A stretch of DNA of 64,000 nucleotides from Lachnospiraceae bacterium (lineage in GTDB: Bacteria; Bacillota; Clostridia; Lachnospirales; Lachnospiraceae), in assembly GCA_017540265.1 (NCBI GenBank), contig JAFYBJ010000008.1:8109-72108 (forward strand). Reading direction: 5' to 3'. The notes beneath the pieces are model-generated. The model was not told the DNA's origin, did not search any database, and was given only the letters and a program-made list of their open reading frames with translations. This document shows positions 19,051 to 27,958 of the stretch, one piece after another. Both the position numbers and the translations under genes were made by a program. Position 1 is the first letter of the stretch; every line of letters begins with the position of its first letter.

Positions 19051-21474
19051 TTACGATCTGAGCTCAATATCCATGCTCTGAAGACCGTTTAATATCTTCT
19101 TCATGGCAGTACCCACTTCCTCATCGGAAAGAGTCTTTTCCATATCCCTGAAGGAAAGTGAATATGCTATGGACTTGTATCCCTCCTTCACCTGATCACC
19201 TTCATAGATATCAAAAAGCTTCACACTCTCAAGTATCTTTCCGCCTCTTTGCCTTATCATCTTCTCAATGCTTCCGGCAGTGGTCTCTTTCTTTGCGACC
19301 ATTGATATATCCCTTGTTACTGCAGGGAATTTCGCGATGCCTTCATACTTCATATCAAAGCTTGTAAGCGGAACGATAACCGGCATATCAAGCACTGCAA
19401 GATAAACCCTGTCCTTTATCCCGTAATTCTTTGCGACCAGAGGATGAACCTCGCCAAGGAATCCTATCTTCTCTCCTTTGTATATAACTGAAGCCTTTCT
19501 GCCCGGGTGCAGGAACGGTGCATCTACGGAAGCATCATATTCAGGCTCATCTTTCATACCGGAAGCTTTTAGGAAAACCTCCACAGCCCCCTTCATACTG
19601 TAAAAATCACCCTTACCATAGAAGCCAAGCGTAAACTGCATTCTCTCGTCGGGAAGTTCCGTAAGCGGAAGTGCATGCGGAATGTAGATGTTTCCGAGCT
19701 CATAGAGCTTAACATCCTTATTTCTCCTGTTAAAATTAAGTGAAAGCGCCGTAAGCATGCCGTTAACGGATGTAGTCCTCATTATGGAGAAATCTTCACC
19801 TAAGGGATTTGATATGGTGATCGCAGCTCTTAGCGCATCTCCCTCAGGGATCAGCAGCTTGTCAAACACTTTAGGACTTTCAAAAGAATATTCATAAGCC
19901 TGTGAAAATCCGCAGCGTTCCGCCGAATCCCTGGCTATAGCTTCTATCCTCATGGGATAAGACAGCCTTCCCTCCATTCCTTCTCCCGAAGGCAGGGTAA
20001 GAGGTATCTTGTCATATCCAAAGAACCTCGCCACCTCTTCGGCAATATCAGCCTGTCCCTTAAGATCCTGTCTGAAAGAAGGGATGACGAGCATGCCGCT
20101 CTTATCATCATAGGCTATCTCAAGCTTTTTAAAGATAGCGAGCATATCCTCAGCTGATATATCCGTACCTAAAAGCTTATTATATTTATCAGGCTTAAAT
20201 TCGATCTTTGTTTCTTCCTTTATGGGAAGGCCTGCATCGACCATGCCTCCCACAACATCGCCCGCATCAAGCTCCTCAATAAGAGCACAGGCCCTGTTTA
20301 TAGCTGCCTCTGCATTTGCGGGATCCAGTCCCTTTTCGAATATACCGGAAGCATCCGTGCGAAGTCCCAGACGTTTTGCCGATTTTCTTATATTTGCGCC
20401 GTTAAAAGTAGCAGCCTCGAAGAGCATATTCTTAACGTCATCGGTGATCATGGAATTCTCACCGCCCATTATACCGGCAATGCCCACTTCCTTTTCACCA
20501 TCGCAGATCATGAGCACATCTTTATCAAGCTTACGCTCTGCTCCGTCAAGAGTCACAAAGCTCTCCCCGTCTTCAGCTCTTTTTACCACTATCCTTGAGC
20601 CTGCAAGCTTGTCCATATCATATGCATGCATAGGCTGGCCGTATTCGAGCATCACATAATTTGTGATATCAACAATATTATTTATGGGGCGCACTCCGGC
20701 TGATGCCAGTCTGTGGCGCAGCCATGCAGGACTCTCCCCTAGCCTTATATTCTTTACGGCTCTCGCACAGTATCTGCTGCAGAGATCCGTATCCTTAATC
20801 TCAACTTTTACAAAGGAATTAACATCCTCATCATTTCCTGTTTCCTTCACCACCGGAGGAACAAAAGGCCTGTCAAAAGTTGCCGCAGCCTCTCTTGCAA
20901 TACCTAACACTGAATAACAGTCAACCCTGTTCGATGTGATCTCGTACTCAAATATCGTATCATGAAGTCCCAAAAGCTCTATTGCATCATCTCCGGGTTC
21001 TGCGCTGCCTTCGGGGAAAATATACACGCCGTTTTCGGGAGCTTCGGGATAAAGATTCCTGTCAGACCCAAGCTCTTCAATAGCGCACATCATACCGAAA
21101 GAATCAACTCCGCGGAGCTTGCCGCTCTTTATCTTTATACCGTCCTCAGGAAGCGGACCGCCGTCATGACCGCCTGCAACCTTTCCGCCGTCAAGCACGA
21201 CAGGTACCAGATCTCCCACGTTCACATTGGGAGCGCCCGTAACGATCTGTAATTCCTCATTTCCCACCGACACCCTGCACACGATAAGCTTATCCGCATC
21301 GGGATGCTTTTCGATGGAAAGTATCTTCCCTACAACTATTTTTTCAAGATTCTTATCAGGGCGCTTAAATCCTTCAACCTTGGTACCGGTAAGCGTCATC
21401 CTGTCAAAATATTCTTCATCCGTGCATTCAAGCCCCGGAACATATGCCTTTATCCAGTTAAGTGATGTATCCAT
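19051..21474 (-). CDS. pheT: phenylalanyl-tRNA synthetase beta subunit
   Basis: HPDADKL, ITSNRVDC, INNIVDITNY, FDX-ACB C-terminus; follows pheS. Confidence 0.97.
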   Translation of the reverse strand: MDTSLNWIKAYVPGLECTDEEYFDRMTLTGTKVEGFKRPDKNLEKIVVGKILSIEKHPDADKLIVCRVSVGNEELQIVTGAPNVNVGDLVPVVLDGGKVAGGHDGGPLPEDGIKIKSGKLRGVDSFGMMCAIEELGSDRNLYPEAPENGVYIFPEGSAEPGDDAIELLGLHDTIFEYEITSNRVDCYSVLGIAREAAATFDRPFVPPVVKETGNDEDVNSFVKVEIKDTDLCSRYCARAVKNIRLGESPAWLRHRLASAGVRPINNIVDITNYVMLEYGQPMHAYDMDKLAGSRIVVKRAEDGESFVTLDGAERKLDKDVLMICDGEKEVGIAGIMGGENSMITDDVKNMLFEAATFNGANIRKSAKRLGLRTDASGIFEKGLDPANAEAAINRACALIEELDAGDVVGGMVDAGLPIKEETKIEFKPDKYNKLLGTDISAEDMLAIFKKLEIAYDDKSGMLVIPSFRQDLKGQADIAEEVARFFGYDKIPLTLPSGEGMEGRLSYPMRIEAIARDSAERCGFSQAYEYSFESPKVFDKLLIPEGDALRAAITISNPLGEDFSIMRTTSVNGMLTALSLNFNRRNKDVKLYELGNIYIPHALPLTELPDERMQFTLGFYGKGDFYSMKGAVEVFLKASGMKDEPEYDASVDAPFLHPGRKASVIYKGEKIGFLGEVHPLVAKNYGIKDRVYLAVLDMPVIVPLTSFDMKYEGIAKFPAVTRDISMVAKKETTAGSIEKMIRQRGGKILESVKLFDIYEGDQVKEGYKSIAYSLSFRDMEKTLSDEEVGTAMKKILNGLQSMDIELRS

Positions 21475-21506
21475 ATCTACCTCTTGATCCTTTTTTATTT
21501 ATGCTG

Positions 21507-22526
21507 TCAGAACTGTGATAAAAATCTCACATCATTTTCATACATAAGACGCATATCATCTATCTCGTATTTAAGAAGTGCTATACGTTCAAGTCCGACG
21601 CCGAATGCAAAGCCCACATATTTTTCCGGATCAATGCCGCGAAGCTCAAGCACATGAGGATGAACCATGCCGCAGCCCAATATCTCTATCCATCCGGATC
21701 CCTTGCAGAACCTGCATCCCTTTCCACCGCACTTGAAGCAGCTTACATCCATCTCAGCGGAAGGTTCGGTAAAAGGGAAATGATGGGGTCTGAACTTAAC
21801 CTTTGTCTCTTCTCCGAAAAGCTGTTTTGCAAATGAATCAAGGGTACCTTTAAGATCCGCAAAGGTAACTTTTTCATCCACCACAAGTCCCTCGATCTGA
21901 TGGAAGCAGGGTGAATGGGTCGCATCTACCTCATCCGATCTGAAAACCCTTCCCGGTGCTATCATCCTGATGGGAAGCCTTCCCTTTTCCATCTCATGGA
22001 TCTGTACCGAAGAAGTCTGGGTGCGCAGTAAAATATCACCGTTTATATAAAATGTATCCTGTTCATCCTTCGCCGGATGGTCCGCAGGGATATTTAAAGC
22101 CTCGAAATTATAATAATCTTTCTCAATCTCGGGACCGCTTACCACCTCATATCCAAGGCCCGTAAAAATACGTTCCACTTCCTCCAAAGCCACTGTATTG
22201 GGGTGTCTGTGTCCCATCTCGGGAGCCTTTCCCGGAAGGGTAACATCTATCACCTCATGCTTAAGCTTTTCCTCCATGGCAGCCGCCTCAAAACGGCTCT
22301 TAGACTCCTCAAGCATGGTCTCTATCTGGCTTCTTGCATCATTGACCATCTGACCGAATTTCGGTCTGTCCTCTGCAGCCACATCTTTCATTGATTTGAG
22401 TATGGCTGTAAGCTCACCTTTTTTGCCAAGGTACGCAACCCTGATATCATTTAATTTTTCTGCCGTGTCGCTTTCCCTGATAAGCTTAAAAGCATCCTCT
22501 TTGATCTTCTCAAGCTGTTCGTTCAT
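21507..22526 (-). CDS. pheS: phenylalanyl-tRNA synthetase alpha subunit
   Basis: HPAKDEQDTFY, FPFTEPS, GFAFGVGLER. Confidence 0.98.
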   Translation of the reverse strand: MNEQLEKIKEDAFKLIRESDTAEKLNDIRVAYLGKKGELTAILKSMKDVAAEDRPKFGQMVNDARSQIETMLEESKSRFEAAAMEEKLKHEVIDVTLPGKAPEMGHRHPNTVALEEVERIFTGLGYEVVSGPEIEKDYYNFEALNIPADHPAKDEQDTFYINGDILLRTQTSSVQIHEMEKGRLPIRMIAPGRVFRSDEVDATHSPCFHQIEGLVVDEKVTFADLKGTLDSFAKQLFGEETKVKFRPHHFPFTEPSAEMDVSCFKCGGKGCRFCKGSGWIEILGCGMVHPHVLELRGIDPEKYVGFAFGVGLERIALLKYEIDDMRLMYENDVRFLSQF

Positions 22527-22609
22527 ATCTGTTTCCTTTCCTAAGGCGCTGCAGTATCATTCCCGCCTGCCCCATATCCGAGTATTTTAGCATTTACACC
22601 ATTGCACTT

Positions 22610-23479
22610 TCAAGCCCTGCCTTTTCCCCGTCTGGTCTTTTTTGTATACAGTTTCTCCGCAATGATATTGATATGTTCACCGATAAAGATTATATACATG
22701 ATTATATATAGATAAAACAGTGTAATGACAACTGCGGTAAATGAACCATAATATGAAAAACCGTTAAAATGATCCACATATACCGAATAAAGCCATGAAA
22801 CCACCGACCAGGCTACGGATGCGAACAGGGCCCCCGGGAAATTCTTCCTGTGTCTTATCCGTTTACCCGGAAGATACTTATACATCAAAACAAACAGCAT
22901 GGTAGAGAACACCCAGCTGAATAAAAAACGGAAATGAAGCAGGAGCTGGATCACTATATTAAAATGCGGGATAACTTTTATCAGTAATTCATTTATCTTG
23001 TCTCCCATAACCATTATGACCATGGAAAATAATATAAAGGCGGCAAAAATGATCGTATACAGACTTGAAGATATTCTTAAGCTGATCACGCTTTTTTTCT
23101 CGGTAAAATCTCTTGCAGCATCCAGACCGTAACGTATCGCCAGAACTCCTTCCCCTGCGGCCCACATGATTATCACGGATGAAACCGATATAGTCATTGC
23201 AGAACTCCCTGAAAATTCAGAAACCATCTGAGTCAAAAACATTGTAATATGATCCGGCACCGCTATCATCTGCCCGAATCTTAAAAGGTTATCCGTTTTC
23301 ATACCGGTAAGCGTCAGTATTCCACAAAGTAATGTTACAATGGGGACAGCCGAAAGGAACATAAAAAAAGCTGCAGCCGCCGCATAAGATGATGTATTGG
23401 ACTCGCGCAGCTCCAATAAAAAAGAATCGATGATATCTTTTATATCCCTGATTTTTTTTATGATATACCTGATGATCAT
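22610..23479 (-). CDS. YihY/BrkB-family membrane protein
   Basis: About 6 TM helices, YKYLP, PGALFA, YGSF motif. Confidence 0.85.
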   Translation of the reverse strand: MIIRYIIKKIRDIKDIIDSFLLELRESNTSSYAAAAAFFMFLSAVPIVTLLCGILTLTGMKTDNLLRFGQMIAVPDHITMFLTQMVSEFSGSSAMTISVSSVIIMWAAGEGVLAIRYGLDAARDFTEKKSVISLRISSSLYTIIFAAFILFSMVIMVMGDKINELLIKVIPHFNIVIQLLLHFRFLFSWVFSTMLFVLMYKYLPGKRIRHRKNFPGALFASVAWSVVSWLYSVYVDHFNGFSYYGSFTAVVITLFYLYIIMYIIFIGEHINIIAEKLYTKKTRRGKGRA

Positions 23480-23488
23480 AGAATAAAA

Positions 23489-23664
23489 ATACCGGATGTC
23501 CGAACCCCTCTCTTTGACTCCTAGTTTGGCTAGGTGGGTGACCGCAGCGCTGACATCTGCCTTCCCGAATATTCATCCGGGCATGACATCCGACAGGCAA
23601 TATAGGAATCCCGTTTAAAGTACTGTAGGCTCAAAAACAAGGGGCCTTAAATTGACATCCGGTA
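23489..23664 (-). ncRNA. ssrS: 6S RNA
   Basis: ~175-nt intergenic rod closed by ACCGGATGTC/GACATCCGGT, with internal stems and a central bubble (TTTAAACGGGATTCC ... CACCCACCT); strong promoter immediately upstream. Confidence 0.88.
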
Positions 23665-23669
23665 TATAT

Positions 23670-23698
23670 ATTATAAAAAATTAAAGCAGTTATTTCAA
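23670..23698 (-). promoter_or_regulatory. sigmaA promoter of 6S RNA
   Basis: TTGAAA-17bp-TATAAT. Confidence 0.8.
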
Positions 23699-23701
23699 TG
23701 C

Positions 23702-24313
23702 TCACTCATGCTGCATCATGTTGATCGCATCGGTAAGCTTTGCAAGTGTGGCTGAGATGCTCTTGCTTGTGGCGCTCATATTTACCGCAAGTCCCTGCAC
23801 TTCTTCAGCCACCACAGAGAAGCCTCTTCCGTGTTCACCGGCTCTGGCAGCCTCTATGGACGCATTCAGGGCAAGTATCTTCTGCTTATTGCAGAAAGAA
23901 CTGATCTGACTTATATCCTTATTCGCCTGGACAATAAGACCTGCCGCATCCTCGGCGCCTTTGCTTATATCTTCCATCGTATGACTGCTCTTGTCCTGCT
24001 CATATGACAGATTTATAAACAGCATCAGCATATCTTTAAGAAGACTTCCTGCCGCAGTTTTATTAATTCCGTCATTTACATCCGTTCCGGAAACAGCGCC
24101 GCCTGTAAGTCTCCCGGCAACACTTCCGTCAGGCATAACCAGCTGAAGATCAAAATCCTTCACCCTGGATGAATCATTCTTTGACATACCGCATACAGCT
24201 ATGTTCTCACCATCTTTATCAGTCACGGCAGCAGCAAGACCGGTGGTCTTTGCCCATGAATTCATGTATGTTTCAAGCTGCTTAATATCACAGAAATCTT
24301 TGATACTGCCCAT
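23702..24313 (-). CDS. small soluble chemoreceptor-like protein (PocR-like sensor + MCP signalling tip)
   Basis: [27 protein letters not shown]; N-terminal W[16 protein letters not shown] resembles PocR; no TM helix. Confidence 0.85.
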   Translation of the reverse strand: MGSIKDFCDIKQLETYMNSWAKTTGLAAAVTDKDGENIAVCGMSKNDSSRVKDFDLQLVMPDGSVAGRLTGGAVSGTDVNDGINKTAAGSLLKDMLMLFINLSYEQDKSSHTMEDISKGAEDAAGLIVQANKDISQISSFCNKQKILALNASIEAARAGEHGRGFSVVAEEVQGLAVNMSATSKSISATLAKLTDAINMMQHE

Positions 24314-24332
24314 AAGCTACATCCCCCTTTTA

Positions 24333-26006
24333 TCAGATTCCCATAAGTTTCTCTTTGTAATTATCATACTCTTCCTGGGAAATGATGCCGGCCTCGCTTA
24401 TGTTCTTGAGCATATTAGCCTTGACCTTGAATTCATCCATATCCTTGTAAGGAGCAAATATATCGCGTATAACTTCCTGTTTCTTTGTCTCGAACTCCTC
24501 ATCAGTTGAAAGCTTGCAATCCCTTGCCACCATAAGAAGCTTCATGCGCTTTACAACATCACCTATCTCGATGACACTCTTTAATATTTCAAGCTTCTTG
24601 CCGTGGAAATCCATATCGGAGAGCCATGTCTTATCCCTTAACATAACCACGCGCTCGATCTTTGCCTGAAGTGCGGCCTCACTGTCTGCAGGAAGCCCCA
24701 TTACCTGTGCTATGAATGTGGACTGCTTCTGCTTGTATTCCTCGGTCGATGCTGCACCTGCAGCAACCATTGCCGGCCATCTTGAAAGCTTCATTTCAAG
24801 AATTTCAAGCTCATCCGAAATGGAGGGATCAAGTATGCTCTTAAGCTCTGCGATATCTGAATCATACTCGGACTTCTCTAACATTTCCGCATCTATGAGT
24901 ATGGGCAGCTTCTGGAGCTTTAACTGGAAAGTCTCATTGCTGTCCATGGGATCGTAAGTAACGCTGTCAAGAAGCGTACGCTTTCCGGATTCGAATTCTG
25001 CCGGGCTTACGATACCGCTTATCTGGATGATGGGAAGCTTTGCCGCATTTTCCTTAAATACGGCAAGGTCTCTTACATTGGGATCAAATGCCTCACCCAC
25101 AAGCTTGTTCCTGTCTGTCTCATATTCGGCATCACTTGTAACTCCTGCCTCGTGAGCAGAGATAACACGGCTGATCTTGCTGTAATAATCTGCCATGCCT
25201 CTTTCCTCGCAGATAAGCTTTAAGGTCTTATCCTTATACTCAGCTTCATCTATCATGCCGGACTCATGGAGTATCTCAAGCTTCTGTCTCTTTGCAGCGT
25301 AATCCTCGGGCTTCTGCTTTGCCTGTATCGTTCCTCTTGCTGCTGCGGAATTAAGCGCAGCTGCCGCAGCTGTTCTCGAAGGAGTATATGCAGGTACGGG
25401 AGGAACTGCAGGTGCTGCCGCTGCTGCAGGATCTGCTGCTGCCTGAGCGGGAGCAGGTGCAGGTGCAGGTGCAGGCGCTGCTGCCGCAGGTCTCGGAGCG
25501 GGCGCAGGTGCAGGTGCTGCAGGCTTTGCTGTTGCTGCCGGCTTGGGTGCGGGCGCAGGTGCGCCTCCTGCTGCCGGCTTGGGTGCAGGAGCGGGAGTTC
25601 CCGATGCAGGCTTTGCTGCTGCAGCCTGTGCGTCATTGCTCATTCCGCCCGCTGCCTTGGAAACTTCCATAAGCCTGTCTATAGCCTTGTTCATATCCTT
25701 AAGTCCGGGAAGTATGGTCTGGGTCTTCTTTGCCCCGTAAAGAGTCTGAAGCTTTGTTATGAGAATGAGGGCATCAGCTCCCTGAAATTCACCCTTCTTT
25801 ACGTCCCTGATATCCTTTGCGGGATAATCGTACTGGGAAACGTACTCATTCTTACCGTCTTCATTGCAGATATAACCCTTACCGCTGACCTTTACGCCAT
25901 CCGGCTTTGTGTCATCGATCTGCAGAAAAAGCTTTTCCTGGCTCTTTGCCGAAAGAAAGCTTTTAAGTGAACTTCCCCAGTTACATTGATAAACTTCTAC
26001 TGCCAT
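24333..26006 (-). CDS. hypothetical protein: globular N-domain, Pro/Ala linker, 8 tandem SHOCT-like repeats
   Basis: Repeats of L-x4-G-[IM]-[IV]-[ST]-x-x-E-[YF]-x3-K-x2-L with 38-43 aa spacing; AGGAGG SD. Confidence 0.8.
   Translation of the reverse strand: MAVEVYQCNWGSSLKSFLSAKSQEKLFLQIDDTKPDGVKVSGKGYICNEDGKNEYVSQYDYPAKDIRDVKKGEFQGADALILITKLQTLYGAKKTQTILPGLKDMNKAIDRLMEVSKAAGGMSNDAQAAAAKPASGTPAPAPKPAAGGAPAPAPKPAATAKPAAPAPAPAPRPAAAAPAPAPAPAPAQAAADPAAAAAPAVPPVPAYTPSRTAAAAALNSAAARGTIQAKQKPEDYAAKRQKLEILHESGMIDEAEYKDKTLKLICEERGMADYYSKISRVISAHEAGVTSDAEYETDRNKLVGEAFDPNVRDLAVFKENAAKLPIIQISGIVSPAEFESGKRTLLDSVTYDPMDSNETFQLKLQKLPILIDAEMLEKSEYDSDIAELKSILDPSISDELEILEMKLSRWPAMVAAGAASTEEYKQKQSTFIAQVMGLPADSEAALQAKIERVVMLRDKTWLSDMDFHGKKLEILKSVIEIGDVVKRMKLLMVARDCKLSTDEEFETKKQEVIRDIFAPYKDMDEFKVKANMLKNISEAGIISQEEYDNYKEKLMGI
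25330..25630 (-). repeat. low-complexity Pro/Ala-coding repeat
   Basis: (GCAGGT)n runs and a duplicated GCTGCCGGCTTGGGTGC, encoding (AP)n and APKPAA. Confidence 0.8.
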
Positions 26007-26201
26007 GCTTAAAACCCTCCTGTTATTGATCCTTTAATGCTGTTATCCGTATCCGTCAAACGCCTCCGGATACCCTCACCATGAACTATATCAGCGTGTC
26101 CTTAAAATTTCAAACCGCGAAACGCCCATAAATCAAGGCTTTACGGATTTGATGTCATATTTTTTTATTTTTATGAGGAAAATAAGGGGGATTTTTTTTA
26201 A

Positions 26202-27248
26202 TCACATCAATATTGTATTATCGATAACAGTCCTGAAAGAAGATATCTTTTGTTTTCCTCCCGGCACTCTGATCTCTGCAAGCCCCATTTTTGTTATATC
26301 TAAGGCCTCGGCACCCGGGCAGTTAAGCGACAGTGCAGTCTTTAGTTCTTCAAGCAATATCTTTTCACTTTCGGAGTCATCCATATTTACAAGGTCTATG
26401 ATTATCATTCCCGAAAGACTTCTTGCGGATATATGATAAGCAGCCTCCCATACGGCCTCTGTATTGAGTTTAAGGATAGTATCCCTCCCCCCTTTTTCAA
26501 AAGAAGCGCTGTTTACATCTATTACATTTAAAGCCTCGGTTTCATCAAAGACCAGTTCCCCTCCGCACTTAAGCTTTACGCGTCTCGAGAGCAGGTTGCC
26601 CGTTTTTTTTCTTAAATCAAAAAGTGTGACAAGCGAAATATCCTCATCCTCATAAAGCCTTATCTTTTCCTGGATCTGTCCCTTCCCGGCCTCTGCCCCC
26701 TTCATTACTTCAATTGCATCTTCATACAATCCCTTATCATCCGTATAAAAGCAGGCACCTTCCGTGGCAATAACCCTTTTAAGACATTGTTCAAAAATTC
26801 CCGCCGCCCTATGCAAAAGGCATGGAGCTGTTTTATGCTCATATTCTTCTGCCGGGATATCCGCAGCGATCACCTTTGCCTTCTTGCTGCCCTTGGGAAG
26901 CTGTCTTATCTTTACCGGAAAGATATCCCCCGGCCTTAATCTTCCGTCATATACCCTGTCTGCAAGCGGAAAATCCTTTCTGTCCGTATTTATAAAAACA
27001 CTGTCATCAAGTCCGGCATCAAGAAAAGCTGCCTGTATATCAGGAAGCGTATTCAGTACCCTTGCAAGATAAATATCCCCTACCGCGGCGCCCCTTGTAT
27101 CCTCGCAGTAAAGGTTCGTGATCTTTCCTTTATCAAGAACAAAAATGAGAGTCCTGCTCCCGTTTTTTTCACGGAAAGCAAGCACCCTCATGTTGCCTGT
27201 CTTCATCTCTGTTTTTTTATCTGTCCCGTTGTCTGCCGGTCTTATCAT
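26202..27248 (-). CDS. RNase E/G-family ribonuclease (shortened)
   Basis: S1 domain GDIYLARV...AAFLDAG; catalytic-region motifs TEALNVIDVNS and LSGMIIIDLVNM. Confidence 0.85.
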   Translation of the reverse strand: MIRPADNGTDKKTEMKTGNMRVLAFREKNGSRTLIFVLDKGKITNLYCEDTRGAAVGDIYLARVLNTLPDIQAAFLDAGLDDSVFINTDRKDFPLADRVYDGRLRPGDIFPVKIRQLPKGSKKAKVIAADIPAEEYEHKTAPCLLHRAAGIFEQCLKRVIATEGACFYTDDKGLYEDAIEVMKGAEAGKGQIQEKIRLYEDEDISLVTLFDLRKKTGNLLSRRVKLKCGGELVFDETEALNVIDVNSASFEKGGRDTILKLNTEAVWEAAYHISARSLSGMIIIDLVNMDDSESEKILLEELKTALSLNCPGAEALDITKMGLAEIRVPGGKQKISSFRTVIDNTILM

Positions 27249-27250
27249 TT

Positions 27251-27949
27251 TTAAAGCACACCCTCAGATCCAAGCGGCACAAGCTCTCCCTGTTCATTTT
27301 TACCGTAGATCTCGAGCCTTCTGATAAGCCTTGATACCGCTTTTCTTTCTCCAAAAGCCTCTGCAAAAGCATTAAAAACATCTGCAGGCCTGGCATTTAA
27401 TTTCGATCCGCTCAAAAGCTTTAATATCAGCCTGTTTTCACCTTCCGTGAATGATACATCCGCAAACAATATACCTTCCCTGATATTTTTTCCCGATTTT
27501 CCGGCTGTGACCGACTCTGACGAAAGGAGTGTTTCAACAGCTCTTTTTGATGCTTCTTTTACTTCCTCACAGCTGCATCCCGGAATATCATATATGACCT
27601 CATAATCCGCAGCCTCCACGGCAGCCATTGCATTTAATGCTTTTTCGGGAAGAAGAACAGCGCCTGTCGCATATGTACCTTCACGCATTACCCCGTTAAG
27701 CTTTTTTACTATCTCTTCCGGATCGTTAACCGTATTAAATTCAATATCGGCGTAGTCACCGTAAGTTTCCATACCCACGGCCAGAGGATAAGCAAAAGCC
27801 ATTATCTGATGTGGATGATAGCCTTCCGTATATTTCACATCAAGCCCTGCCTTAAGCACGGCTTTCTGAAAGTATCTCATCATATCCAGATGCCCCAGAT
27901 ATCTCATGGGTCCCTGTCTTTTAAATCTGATCCTTACACGCTCACTCAT
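27251..27949 (-). CDS. radical SAM-linked protein (TIGR03936/DUF2344-like)
   Basis: RYLGHLDMMRYFQKA, YTEGYHPH, PLAVG; adjacent to the radical SAM gene. Confidence 0.88.
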   Translation of the reverse strand: MSERVRIRFKRQGPMRYLGHLDMMRYFQKAVLKAGLDVKYTEGYHPHQIMAFAYPLAVGMETYGDYADIEFNTVNDPEEIVKKLNGVMREGTYATGAVLLPEKALNAMAAVEAADYEVIYDIPGCSCEEVKEASKRAVETLLSSESVTAGKSGKNIREGILFADVSFTEGENRLILKLLSGSKLNARPADVFNAFAEAFGERKAVSRLIRRLEIYGKNEQGELVPLGSEGVL

Positions 27950-27958
27950 GATACACCA

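Noticed and set aside
25440-25600. Short tandem DNA repeats considered as CRISPR or a contingency locus
   Set aside because: 6-bp in-frame coding repeats with no spacers and no cas genes
25266-25970. Cys/Arg-rich 234-aa plus-strand ORF resembling a metallothionein or RiPP precursor
   Set aside because: It is the antisense reading of the Pro/Ala linker codons (GCA/CCT) of the minus-strand gene
26126-26143. CCCATAAATCAAGGCTTT motif matching the IHF consensus and resembling sequences near element ends
   Set aside because: Single short match with no recombinase nearby, and canonical IHF is not expected in this lineage
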